This document shows positions 49,348 to 58,380 of a DNA stretch of 64,000 bases, piece by piece. Within the stretch, counting starts at the first letter, position 1. Every line of letters starts with the position of its first letter. The stretch comes from Leptospira sp. (GTDB lineage Bacteria > Spirochaetota > Leptospiria > Leptospirales > Leptospiraceae): NCBI GenBank assembly GCA_034439575.1, contig JAWXAQ010000015.1, positions 1 to 64,000 on the forward strand, read 5' to 3'. The notes under the pieces were generated by a model. That model searched no databases. It was not told the origin of the DNA and saw nothing but the letters and a program-made list of their open reading frames with translations. The position numbers and the translations under genes were made by a program.

Positions 49348-50481
49348 TTATTTTTTCTCGTTTTTTTCGGAAATATAAACAGAGGGTGTTCTGCCAGTAA
49401 TTCGTTTGAAGGCTTCATTAAAAGTCGATTTAGAATTAAAGCCAACTTGGTAGGCTAAGCTTAAAAAATTGGGTTTTTCCATGTCTAATGCCTCTAAATT
49501 GAGAATAAATTCTTTAATGCGAAATTCATTTACATAACTATAAAAATTCGTTCCCGCCACTTCATTCAAGGCTTGTGTGATATGGGCTCTGGGAATTTTT
49601 AAATGTTCAGCCAATTGGTCCAAAGTAAATTCGCTATTCAAGTATGGTTTTTTTGTTTCCATTAAATCTGATATAGCATGGATATAATTTGTTAATTTTC
49701 CAATTTCCAAACCGGATTTTTCATACTTCTTTTTTTTCGCCGGGGTCTGCGATATATGGGATTGCCCAAGTAACCAAGCAGAATGTAAATAACTTTGTCT
49801 CACTCCAAAGAGTGCGAATCCTATAGTGAAAATTAAAACATCAAATCCTTTGATCGATGGCAAATGAATAGAATACTGATTTGCAAAATGTTCATACAGG
49901 AAAAAGGAAAAACTATGATAGGCAACAAATAACAAAACTAAAATGATCAGAAAGATAAACCAATTAAACTCTATCGATTCAAAAACGGGATTCGAATTCC
50001 CTTTCTCTGCCACTTTGATCACCACATAACTTCGTATAGAGTAAAATGTTAGTGAAATCAAAGATACTATACTTAATACTAGCATAAAATTTCGACGCGA
50101 TTCAAAATCAAAAAATTCGAATCCATGTGAAAATTCGGCCCATAACAAAAACCAAAATACAAAGATAGCAAACACATATGGAATGAAGTGAATTCCATAG
50201 GCTCGCTTAAACCCAATCCCCAACAAATCTCGCAAATAAAAATAGAATAATGGACCTAACAATAGTTTAGAGATATGAAAAAATTCAAAATAACTCGGAC
50301 CAAACTTTTTACCCAAAATATGTCCGAGATGCAAACAGCTTAGGGCTGATAGAAATGCCAAAAACCAAAAATCAAATGAAAACCTGGGTCTCTTGACCCA
50401 AAGAATAAGTAAGGAAAAAACGGAAATCGTTAAGGCCACAACCGGAATCGGAAAAAAAGGCGGGGGTGGTGGATGGTGCAT
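49348..50481 (-). CDS. Membrane-bound AraC family regulator
   Basis: Multiple N-terminal TM segments; KPYLNSEFTL, NFYSYVNEFRI, GFNSKSTFNEAFKRITGRTPS. Confidence 0.92.
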   Translation of the reverse strand: MHHPPPPPFFPIPVVALTISVFSLLILWVKRPRFSFDFWFLAFLSALSCLHLGHILGKKFGPSYFEFFHISKLLLGPLFYFYLRDLLGIGFKRAYGIHFIPYVFAIFVFWFLLWAEFSHGFEFFDFESRRNFMLVLSIVSLISLTFYSIRSYVVIKVAEKGNSNPVFESIEFNWFIFLIILVLLFVAYHSFSFFLYEHFANQYSIHLPSIKGFDVLIFTIGFALFGVRQSYLHSAWLLGQSHISQTPAKKKKYEKSGLEIGKLTNYIHAISDLMETKKPYLNSEFTLDQLAEHLKIPRAHITQALNEVAGTNFYSYVNEFRIKEFILNLEALDMEKPNFLSLAYQVGFNSKSTFNEAFKRITGRTPSVYISEKNEKK

Positions 50482-50548
50482 ATAGAATTGGAAACCTTGA
50501 TTTGAAAAAAACTTTTCAAGTTATGTTAGCTAGTCTAAAAATATAACT

Positions 50549-51499
50549 ATGATGAAAAATTTTCTAATCCTAATCTTATTTTTCATATTTTATCAAAATA
50601 CTTTCGCTCTGGAAATTTCCAAAGCAAAGGATGCCAAAGAGACATTGTTTCACTTACTCTTAAAAAGGCAGACTTATCATTATATACCTTATGAATACAC
50701 GGCCCTCACGGATAAAAATGAATCCTTATATCCATCCAGAAAAAGTTCTGAACTAAAGGAAAATGGAAAAGTTCTTATCCCTTTTGTTTTTACGTATGAA
50801 AATTTAGCTAAGGCTTTAAAAGTCGAAGTCTCGTATTTTGAAATCGAAATCGTAAATGCAAATACATTGCTATTTGAGAATTCTCCTTCTCAAATCTCTG
50901 CGTCCAGATTTTATCTTTCACCTATGGCTCGATCAGAATTTGAAGGGAATGCTTATAAAATGTTCTATCTTGATCCACTCTGGAAAGTATCTCTCGGGGG
51001 AGGCATTCGCAATATCAACCGCTACTTATATGGAAATTATTTAAGCCAAGGTGCTTTCAAAGAATACTTTTTTACCTACGGCCCACAATTTTCAATTCAA
51101 TCGGAAGTCACTTTGCCTTATGATTTATATTGGAATCTAACTCTTGATATATTTTATACCCAAGGCACTCGTTTCCAAAGACAACCCCATTTAATAGAAA
51201 ATAAATTAACATATGCCTTTAACAATGCTGACACCGAAGGAGTTTTTAGAGGTTATGAATTTGATACTTCGCTCTCATATCAATTTCATTCAAATATGAG
51301 ATTATTTTTAGGTTTTAACCAAATCATTTCTAGATTTTCTTATCTAAATTTCAATGAACTGAGAGTGACATCAAATTCAAACAACTTAGGATCACCTAAT
51401 ATTTCGTTATCTGACGAGTTCAAATGGGAAAAACCAATTTGTAAGGAAAATTTTGATCGATTGCAGGGGATTTATTTTGGGCTTATGGTCACATTTTAA
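50549..51499 (+). CDS. Putative outer-membrane beta-barrel protein
   Basis: Signal peptide, alternating aromatic strands, C-terminal Phe (IYFGLMVTF). Confidence 0.7.
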   Translation: MMKNFLILILFFIFYQNTFALEISKAKDAKETLFHLLLKRQTYHYIPYEYTALTDKNESLYPSRKSSELKENGKVLIPFVFTYENLAKALKVEVSYFEIEIVNANTLLFENSPSQISASRFYLSPMARSEFEGNAYKMFYLDPLWKVSLGGGIRNINRYLYGNYLSQGAFKEYFFTYGPQFSIQSEVTLPYDLYWNLTLDIFYTQGTRFQRQPHLIENKLTYAFNNADTEGVFRGYEFDTSLSYQFHSNMRLFLGFNQIISRFSYLNFNELRVTSNSNNLGSPNISLSDEFKWEKPICKENFDRLQGIYFGLMVTF

Positions 51500-51556
51500 A
51501 TCACTATTAATTACAATTATTGACAAATGTATTTTTTTTGATATCGTTCGAGGGAA

Positions 51557-54034
51557 GTGATATCAATGATTCGTTTCATAAACTATATATATAATTTACC
51601 TTATCATTTATTGCTAATGATCCTTTTATTTTCTGCAGTAAAATGCTCCGTTCCCGAAGTTTCCAATGCTTGTGATCCAAACACAAAGAATTATCTTCTA
51701 ACAAATGTCTTCATTCAAACCTTCAAAATTCCGACTTTTTCAAACTCTTGTTTTCGTTCAGGGGCTCTACCTACGGGCTCCATTAAAGTCACCCCTCGGT
51801 ATGCTTTCGGGAAAATGCTGAAACGCACTGTCCCTTTGGAATTTACTTTCGACCAAGTGGTAAGTGCTGATCTCTGTACTTTTAATTTAGGGATTGCGAA
51901 TGATGCTTTTTCCAAAAGTTATGAAAAATTGTCAGACACTTCATCAAAACTCACACTGACACCCACCTCACTATGGTCTGTCGGTATCTTTCGAGATCTA
52001 TCTCTTGACTGCACTGCTGATAATGGATTTAAAACCATTGAACCCTATATTGCTCGTTATAGTTTTGCTGATAACTTTCGATTTGTCAGTTCCGCTGGTA
52101 GTAATTCAAATGATGGTCTGACAGAAACAAGCCCCCTGCTTACCATTCCCTATTCTATATCATCCTTATCTTCAGAATGTACCACTTCTGGGAAGGTATG
52201 CTATGTGTTAGTTGCCTCCGGGAATTATTCCACATCTTCATCCATTACGATCCAAAATCAAATTTCTTTGTATGGAAGTTACGATTCTACTTTCTTAAAT
52301 CGAAATGCAGACCCAAGTCTTTCCACATACGCACCGTCCACATTGACAGATTCCAGAGATTCAACAGGTGGCACAAATACATCTCCTATCTCTACTTTTT
52401 TAATCACTGGTTCCTTAGATAAAAGTAAAACCACTGTGGATGGATTCTATATCAAAGCTCCGACAGGCGGCACAGGTTTTTCAGCAGGCGCCCATTTCAC
52501 ATCCATCACTGGCTCGGGTATTTATTTTACTTACAATAAAATCGAAATCCAAAGTCCTTTAGACGGATATGGTATTTATTCAGATTCGACAAATAGCGGT
52601 GAATTACATTACAATCACATTGTACATACGGGAAATATTTCTGGCTCTTCCTTTTCTGGGATCGCCTTACAATCGACTGGCGTAGCATTTTCAAATATTC
52701 TATCCAACACGATTACACTAAACACTTGCTCTACGGCAGCATGTAACATGCGTGGGATTTTTTTTAATACTACGGCTGCGGCAAGTTTGATCACTAAAAA
52801 TAAGATCACACTCGGTGATGGCTCAGGAAATACGGCGGGAGTTACGGGTATTGATGGTTTTTGTTCTGTCACCACACCAAGTATGACTATTTCTGAAAAT
52901 TCTATCAGTGGAACAACATGCTCTGGTAACGGTTGTTTTGCGACAGGCATTCGATTGAATGTTTCAGCTCTGGCTTCAACTATTTCACTGAATGGCAATA
53001 CGATCCATCCTGGTAAATGTATTTTGGGAGGTTGTGAGACGATCGGGATTTTTATTACAGGTTCAAACCCATCGGCGGATGTACAAATTCTTTCAAATAC
53101 GATTTACGGAGGAGATTCATCGGCCTCAACAAGTGGCAATACCTATGGTTTAAAAATAAACACAGGTATTAGTTCCTTTATCAATGTCCAAAGCAATCGG
53201 ATTTATACAGGTAGTTCACATCCTGGTTTTGGAATTTCTGTAGGAATGCGCATTGGAGCTACAGGATCAAATAGCGGGAGTATTGCGGAAAATTATATAA
53301 GCGGTGGGAGCGGTAATTTAGTTTTCTCATTGTGGGGTTCACCGTCTTCCAATATACCCATTCAGCGCAATCGTTTTGAAGGTGGTAACTCCACATCATC
53401 GGGCAATGCAAATGTCGACATTAATCTTGGAAATGTTTTTTATTCCAATCTGATTATCGGTGGGAGTGAAACAAGTGGACCAAGTAATGCCATTCGAATC
53501 TCAGGTGGCTCAGGAAATTTTTTTCATAATACAATTATTGGACGTGGTACTGGATCAGAGACCAATGGAATTGTTTTTGGAGCCGCTAACACGATTAATA
53601 TGAGTCACAATCTGATCGTAACAGAATCTGGTGCAACAACAACAAGGAACTGTGTGAAAGAAGAGGCAGTAAATTATGGACCGGCAACTTTCGATAGTAA
53701 CGCATTATGGGATTGCCCCACAGCTTATTATTTTGATACAGATTCTGCTCCCAATCCCAAAACTTTCTGGTGTAGCACAAGTGGGGGAACTTTCGCTTCT
53801 GGTGTTGGCTGTTCTAGTCCTATGGCCACACCAGCAGGTGCAAACAATCTTGACCCTGTAAATCCAATGTTTTTTGATTCATCAAATAAAAAGTATTGTT
53901 TGAGTAGTACGACTCCGTCTTCGATCCAAACTGGAACTGGCACAAACGCCGTGACGACAGATATAACAGGCGCTATAAGGCCATCCGGCTCTCGTGCTTA
54001 TGGTGCATACGAGCCAGGCTCCACTTGCAATTAA
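51557..54034 (+). CDS. Large surface lipoprotein, right-handed beta-helix (DUF1565/choice-of-anchor Q-like)
   Basis: AVKC lipobox; FVSSAGSNSNDG..SPLLTI; repeated I..N.I...GI; C-terminal TDITGAIRP....GAYE. Confidence 0.8.
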   Translation: MISMIRFINYIYNLPYHLLLMILLFSAVKCSVPEVSNACDPNTKNYLLTNVFIQTFKIPTFSNSCFRSGALPTGSIKVTPRYAFGKMLKRTVPLEFTFDQVVSADLCTFNLGIANDAFSKSYEKLSDTSSKLTLTPTSLWSVGIFRDLSLDCTADNGFKTIEPYIARYSFADNFRFVSSAGSNSNDGLTETSPLLTIPYSISSLSSECTTSGKVCYVLVASGNYSTSSSITIQNQISLYGSYDSTFLNRNADPSLSTYAPSTLTDSRDSTGGTNTSPISTFLITGSLDKSKTTVDGFYIKAPTGGTGFSAGAHFTSITGSGIYFTYNKIEIQSPLDGYGIYSDSTNSGELHYNHIVHTGNISGSSFSGIALQSTGVAFSNILSNTITLNTCSTAACNMRGIFFNTTAAASLITKNKITLGDGSGNTAGVTGIDGFCSVTTPSMTISENSISGTTCSGNGCFATGIRLNVSALASTISLNGNTIHPGKCILGGCETIGIFITGSNPSADVQILSNTIYGGDSSASTSGNTYGLKINTGISSFINVQSNRIYTGSSHPGFGISVGMRIGATGSNSGSIAENYISGGSGNLVFSLWGSPSSNIPIQRNRFEGGNSTSSGNANVDINLGNVFYSNLIIGGSETSGPSNAIRISGGSGNFFHNTIIGRGTGSETNGIVFGAANTINMSHNLIVTESGATTTRNCVKEEAVNYGPATFDSNALWDCPTAYYFDTDSAPNPKTFWCSTSGGTFASGVGCSSPMATPAGANNLDPVNPMFFDSSNKKYCLSSTTPSSIQTGTGTNAVTTDITGAIRPSGSRAYGAYEPGSTCN

Positions 54035-54729
54035 GTTTCGTTAGTTGCTTGGTACAAAAAATCTTTTAATTCATCAAGTCCTTTTGTAAAATAAACAGGT
54101 CGTGGCGAACGTGTATCTTTTAACAAAAAAGCTACACCTTGGTCATAAAAAACGATTTGATCCAGTTCATAAGATTGATACGTATAACTCGCATTACCCG
54201 AATAAAATACAAATTTGCCGTCTTCTTCTTTTAATTTGGCAGAACCGACTCGTTTAAAATTGCGAAGATCTTCTTCTGATCTTTCAGATATGGAGAGATC
54301 TTTTTCTCCAAAAGGAATTTTCCCTGAGTGATCTAAATACAAGGTCCCTTCCATTTGAAATTCATGAATTTTTGGTTCTTCTGCTTGAGGGATTTCTTTA
54401 AATCCCGCTTCGCTATCTTTCAAAACACTTGTTTTTTCTACCACGGAAGGCGGGGGAATGATTGGTGCCACCTGCTGTCTGTTTGGTTCCGAGAAAAACG
54501 GACTCACATTTGTAATTTCACGGTCTCTGCGTATCCTTTCATCAAGGCCTGGGTTTACCGAACTTTGAGGTTGGTGACGGAAATTGGCACCGTAACCTTG
54601 GAAATTGGGATTTCTATCTGTTGCGACACGCTTGGAACCAATGTTTTGTTTCGCTGAATTGGGACTTAAGGATACATAGAGGAAACAAAGTACCCCAACC
54701 AAAATCATTGCTAATGCCGCGTATAACAT
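54031..54729 (-). CDS. Conserved single-TM hypothetical protein
   Basis: N-terminal TM, low-complexity linker, globular C-terminus. Confidence 0.75.
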   Translation of the reverse strand: MLYAALAMILVGVLCFLYVSLSPNSAKQNIGSKRVATDRNPNFQGYGANFRHQPQSSVNPGLDERIRRDREITNVSPFFSEPNRQQVAPIIPPPSVVEKTSVLKDSEAGFKEIPQAEEPKIHEFQMEGTLYLDHSGKIPFGEKDLSISERSEEDLRNFKRVGSAKLKEEDGKFVFYSGNASYTYQSYELDQIVFYDQGVAFLLKDTRSPRPVYFTKGLDELKDFLYQATNET

Positions 54730-54813
54730 ACCCCTCTTATTATCTATCCTTTTGCCAATTCCCTTGATTACTATTTTTCTTTACAGCCATAGGGAATTGG
54801 AAACCATTCCCTT

Positions 54814-56061
54814 ATGTTCGAAGAAGAAGCCACTACCTGGAAAGAAAAGCTCACTAGAGCCGTCGTAGGTTTGTTTTTATTTATACTCGTTGCTATGCTT
54901 GTCGTCACCTTTTTACCAGGAGATGCGGAACAAAGCTTTATGGGTGCCCTCACTGGCTCCTCATCTACTAAGGCGGGAAGCATAGCTGGTAGAGCCGTTC
55001 CCATTGATTATTTCAATGCGGCACGCAGAGAATGTTATTACCGTTACTCACAATATTCGAAAGAAATGGCTTCCAACCCGGAAATGATTCAATCTTGCGC
55101 CTTTTCAACTACGAAAGAACTGTTCATCGCCAATGATATTGCCAAGGCCATCGGATACCGCATTTCAGAAACCAGTATCAAACGTGACCTTTCCGTCCAA
55201 GCTCGCCAGATTCATAAAGAATCGGTTTCCCAAGCGGGATTCAGTGAAGAAGATACAAGGACTGTAGATCAAATTTACCAACAAATTCTCCGTTCCACTC
55301 CGATGAACTACCGCATTGATACAGCAACTGGTTATTCCATTTTCCAAGGCTTTCTGGATCAAAAATTAACACCTTCTCCAGCGGAAGGCTTAATTGAGTC
55401 AGAAGCAAAATCGGCAAAGGTATCCTTTCGCCTGGTAGCATTTACCGAAGTAAATCTACTCAATCAAATCGAAAACAAACTCCAAATTCCCGAAGTGGAA
55501 CTACTTGCCGAATATGAAAAAGAGAAAAAGGAAGGCAATCTCAGCAAAGATGCCAATGGGAAAGTCCCAAGTTTTGAGGAAAGAAAATCCATTCTTACTT
55601 CTAAACTCAAATTTGACAAAAAGAGAAAAGAATTAGAAGTTTGGAAAAAGAAAATCGAAAGTTTGGTTCTGGGTGAAAATGCTCTGGAAGCGATTGCCAA
55701 AGAAACTGCTCAATCTATAGAATCAATTTCTGCGACTCCCCTGTCCGAATTAAAATCTTTACGTTCCCCCAAAGGAACTACTTTCCGTTTGGCAAATGAT
55801 CCCAAGTTTTGGGAAGCCTTATCAGCCAATCCTTTTGGCAAAAAAAAGGTTCTCGGACCTTTCACTGATAACGACAAACAAATTTATGTAGAATTCGGGG
55901 ACTTAAGTTTTTCAAAAGTAACCGTAGCCGCACAAAAACCAGTACTTTCACCTACCGACTTTATGAAACAAAACCAATTGCTTGGCTTTTTTCTTGAAAT
56001 AAACAAGTCACTATCAGGAGAATACAACATCGAGAAACAAAAGGCACTGTCTTTAGAATAA
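54814..56061 (+). CDS. SurA-N/PpiD-like membrane-anchored chaperone
   Basis: N-terminal TM, AGSIAG..V, A..IGYRISE, helical body. Confidence 0.55.
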   Translation: MFEEEATTWKEKLTRAVVGLFLFILVAMLVVTFLPGDAEQSFMGALTGSSSTKAGSIAGRAVPIDYFNAARRECYYRYSQYSKEMASNPEMIQSCAFSTTKELFIANDIAKAIGYRISETSIKRDLSVQARQIHKESVSQAGFSEEDTRTVDQIYQQILRSTPMNYRIDTATGYSIFQGFLDQKLTPSPAEGLIESEAKSAKVSFRLVAFTEVNLLNQIENKLQIPEVELLAEYEKEKKEGNLSKDANGKVPSFEERKSILTSKLKFDKKRKELEVWKKKIESLVLGENALEAIAKETAQSIESISATPLSELKSLRSPKGTTFRLANDPKFWEALSANPFGKKKVLGPFTDNDKQIYVEFGDLSFSKVTVAAQKPVLSPTDFMKQNQLLGFFLEINKSLSGEYNIEKQKALSLE

Positions 56062-56525
56062 TGCAAATCAAAGCCGACTTTATCAATCCATTCCTCGAGG
56101 CCGCAACCATCGTGTTTCGCGATGTGTTAGGTCAAGATTTGATTCGGGGAAAAATTGGGATCAAAGACTCTCCAACGCCATCGCATGAAATTGCGATCAT
56201 AATAGGTGTTGTCGGATCTTTTAGTGGTGAAGTTGTTTATAGCATGAATTTTGATGCCGCTTACAAAATTTCAAAAAAATTAGTTCCTGGTTTATCAGAC
56301 GCTGATGTCCAAAACGAATACAAAGATATCCTCGGCGAAATTGCCAACATGACAACGGGTAATGCGATGAATATTTTTACATCTTCTGGCCAATCGGTAG
56401 AGATCACAACTCCCAATATCCAAGAATCAAAATCTACATCAGTAAAATTTAACAAAAAACCGACTCTATCTATCAATCTTTATTCAAAGTTTGGTAGAGT
56501 TGAAGTCAATGTAGCGATCGCCTAA
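56061..56525 (+). CDS. cheX: Chemotaxis phosphatase CheX family
   Basis: INPFLEA, IIGVVG..SG, LGEIANM..GNA, ITTP. Confidence 0.9.
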   Translation: MQIKADFINPFLEAATIVFRDVLGQDLIRGKIGIKDSPTPSHEIAIIIGVVGSFSGEVVYSMNFDAAYKISKKLVPGLSDADVQNEYKDILGEIANMTTGNAMNIFTSSGQSVEITTPNIQESKSTSVKFNKKPTLSINLYSKFGRVEVNVAIA

Positions 56526-57559
56526 ATTCCCATAGGCGACTCAATCAATCGCCTTCTCTCCAGAGCATCCTTTCTAAAATTATCCCCTGGTGTTATTTCA
56601 ATACCATCAGAAGTTTTCAAATATAAATCATAATAATTTTTGGCTCTTTCTAGATCTCTATCTTTCCAAACACTTTCATAAATCCTACCCGCATAATAAT
56701 GTGCAGGCGAAAATTCTTTAGCGGATTTAAATTCTTTCATCAATTTTACAAGGTGGTGCAAAGCTGGGCGATATTCCTGTCTGCGAAACAATAAAACAGC
56801 TATCGCCAAATGTGTCCTAGGCGTTAATTCTGGATGCACAGGGAAGGAGGAGATTAATTTCAAATATTCCCTGTATGCTTTTTCTTCCGATTCAGGTTGG
56901 CCCATTCGATCTAGAGAGCGAGCCAGTTCAAATTGTGCCTTTATTTTCGCATCAGGATCTTCGATTTTTTCAACGAGCCCGCTAGCTTCCGTATTGCGAC
57001 CATCTAACCCAAACAAGTTGGCATTTTCTGTTCGCGAGGAGTTTGTTTTATTTCCTTCTTTGGATGCCGAATCAGTAAACTCGGTCTCTGCCGATTTTTT
57101 TTGATTCCTTGTTAATAAAGATTTTCCTCGAACAAAGGCGGGTTCACTTGGATCTACTTCATCCCCCTTACTTTTTTTCTTCTTCTTTGTTTCTGTTGCT
57201 TTTGGCGTATTAGAATTTAATAAATTTTTACTATTATTTTCTGCATTTTGAGTAGTTTGCTTATTGCTTTGAATGCTCGAAGGTTTATCATTTAAAGGAT
57301 CTTTGCCTAATGGATTTACATCTTTACCAATCGATGAAGTATCTTTGTTTGATGTAACCTTAGGATTTTGCTGTAAGGAATTTTCTGGATTTGCTGTTTT
57401 TTCAGAACCATTGGTGTCCAAAATCTCTAATTGTTTGGTTTCTGAATTTTCAATTGGAAATGGTAAATAAATCTCATTCGAAGGAGGAGTTTCTGCAATG
57501 ATTGAAAATGGAAGATTTAAGATCGCAAAAATTAAAAGAAAAATGATTCGAAATTTCAT
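56522..57559 (-). CDS. Exported TPR protein
   Basis: Signal peptide, disordered linker, TPR helices (AQFELAR, AHYYAGRIY). Confidence 0.75.
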   Translation of the reverse strand: MKFRIIFLLIFAILNLPFSIIAETPPSNEIYLPFPIENSETKQLEILDTNGSEKTANPENSLQQNPKVTSNKDTSSIGKDVNPLGKDPLNDKPSSIQSNKQTTQNAENNSKNLLNSNTPKATETKKKKKSKGDEVDPSEPAFVRGKSLLTRNQKKSAETEFTDSASKEGNKTNSSRTENANLFGLDGRNTEASGLVEKIEDPDAKIKAQFELARSLDRMGQPESEEKAYREYLKLISSFPVHPELTPRTHLAIAVLLFRRQEYRPALHHLVKLMKEFKSAKEFSPAHYYAGRIYESVWKDRDLERAKNYYDLYLKTSDGIEITPGDNFRKDALERRRLIESPMGI

Positions 57560-57562
57560 ACG

Positions 57563-58375
57563 TTAACGCGGGATACGTTCTAGTTCTCTGACTTTCTTTT
57601 GAGGACTTGTAAAGGTATCGGGTTCTTGGGATGGTAATTTATTTTCTTTCTGTTTTTTTTGTTCGGCCAATTTTTCTAATTTTGACAATTTAGAAATAAT
57701 TTTATTAAATCGATCATCATCTGCATTATTTTTTTCTTCTATCTCTGTCATGCGAGAAGGTGATACATTTTTTTCTTTTGGCTTGAGATTTATATCTTTG
57801 CGTTCCAATTCCTTTGGTTCATTTAATTCTTGCAAGGTGTTACTATTTTGCCACGACCCAATCTCTTCTATATCAATGGGAGAAGATATGAGACCTTCAC
57901 CTGAAGGAGTAGCCAGAGGTGGAGTTGTAGATTCATTTTTACGATTTCGGAAATCTCTCTCTTTACCTAAAAAATCTGCTTCTTCAGGCGCAGGCATTTG
58001 ATTTGGATTAATACTTTCTCGTTCACTTACAAATTCGAATTGCATACGATGATTGCTTTCATATTTGAAATCTTCTGGATCAGACATATGAACATCTTTT
58101 CTAGATCGATTGTATTCTTTTTCGATTTCGGTTACAAACAAAGACCGTGTATCAGATGCTAATTGCAATCCTTCTGGAGTTGCATTTTCCCAACCCTTTG
58201 ACCAACCAGAGTAAATTGCCATAAGCAAAAAAAAGACAAGCAAAGAAACTGCGATTTTTTTAAGTAAACTGGCAACTTGAGGCGGAATTTTATCAACTAA
58301 GCCGTCGGCCGCACCCAGCATTTTTTTGGGATCAACGTTTACCTTGGGAATGTTAATTTTTTTAAGGTCTACCAT
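57563..58375 (-). CDS. Conserved single-TM hypothetical protein
   Basis: One TM, charged C-terminus; same-strand spacing of a few nt to both neighbours. Confidence 0.75.
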   Translation of the reverse strand: MVDLKKINIPKVNVDPKKMLGAADGLVDKIPPQVASLLKKIAVSLLVFFLLMAIYSGWSKGWENATPEGLQLASDTRSLFVTEIEKEYNRSRKDVHMSDPEDFKYESNHRMQFEFVSERESINPNQMPAPEEADFLGKERDFRNRKNESTTPPLATPSGEGLISSPIDIEEIGSWQNSNTLQELNEPKELERKDINLKPKEKNVSPSRMTEIEEKNNADDDRFNKIISKLSKLEKLAEQKKQKENKLPSQEPDTFTSPQKKVRELERIPR

Positions 58376-58380
58376 ATCAT

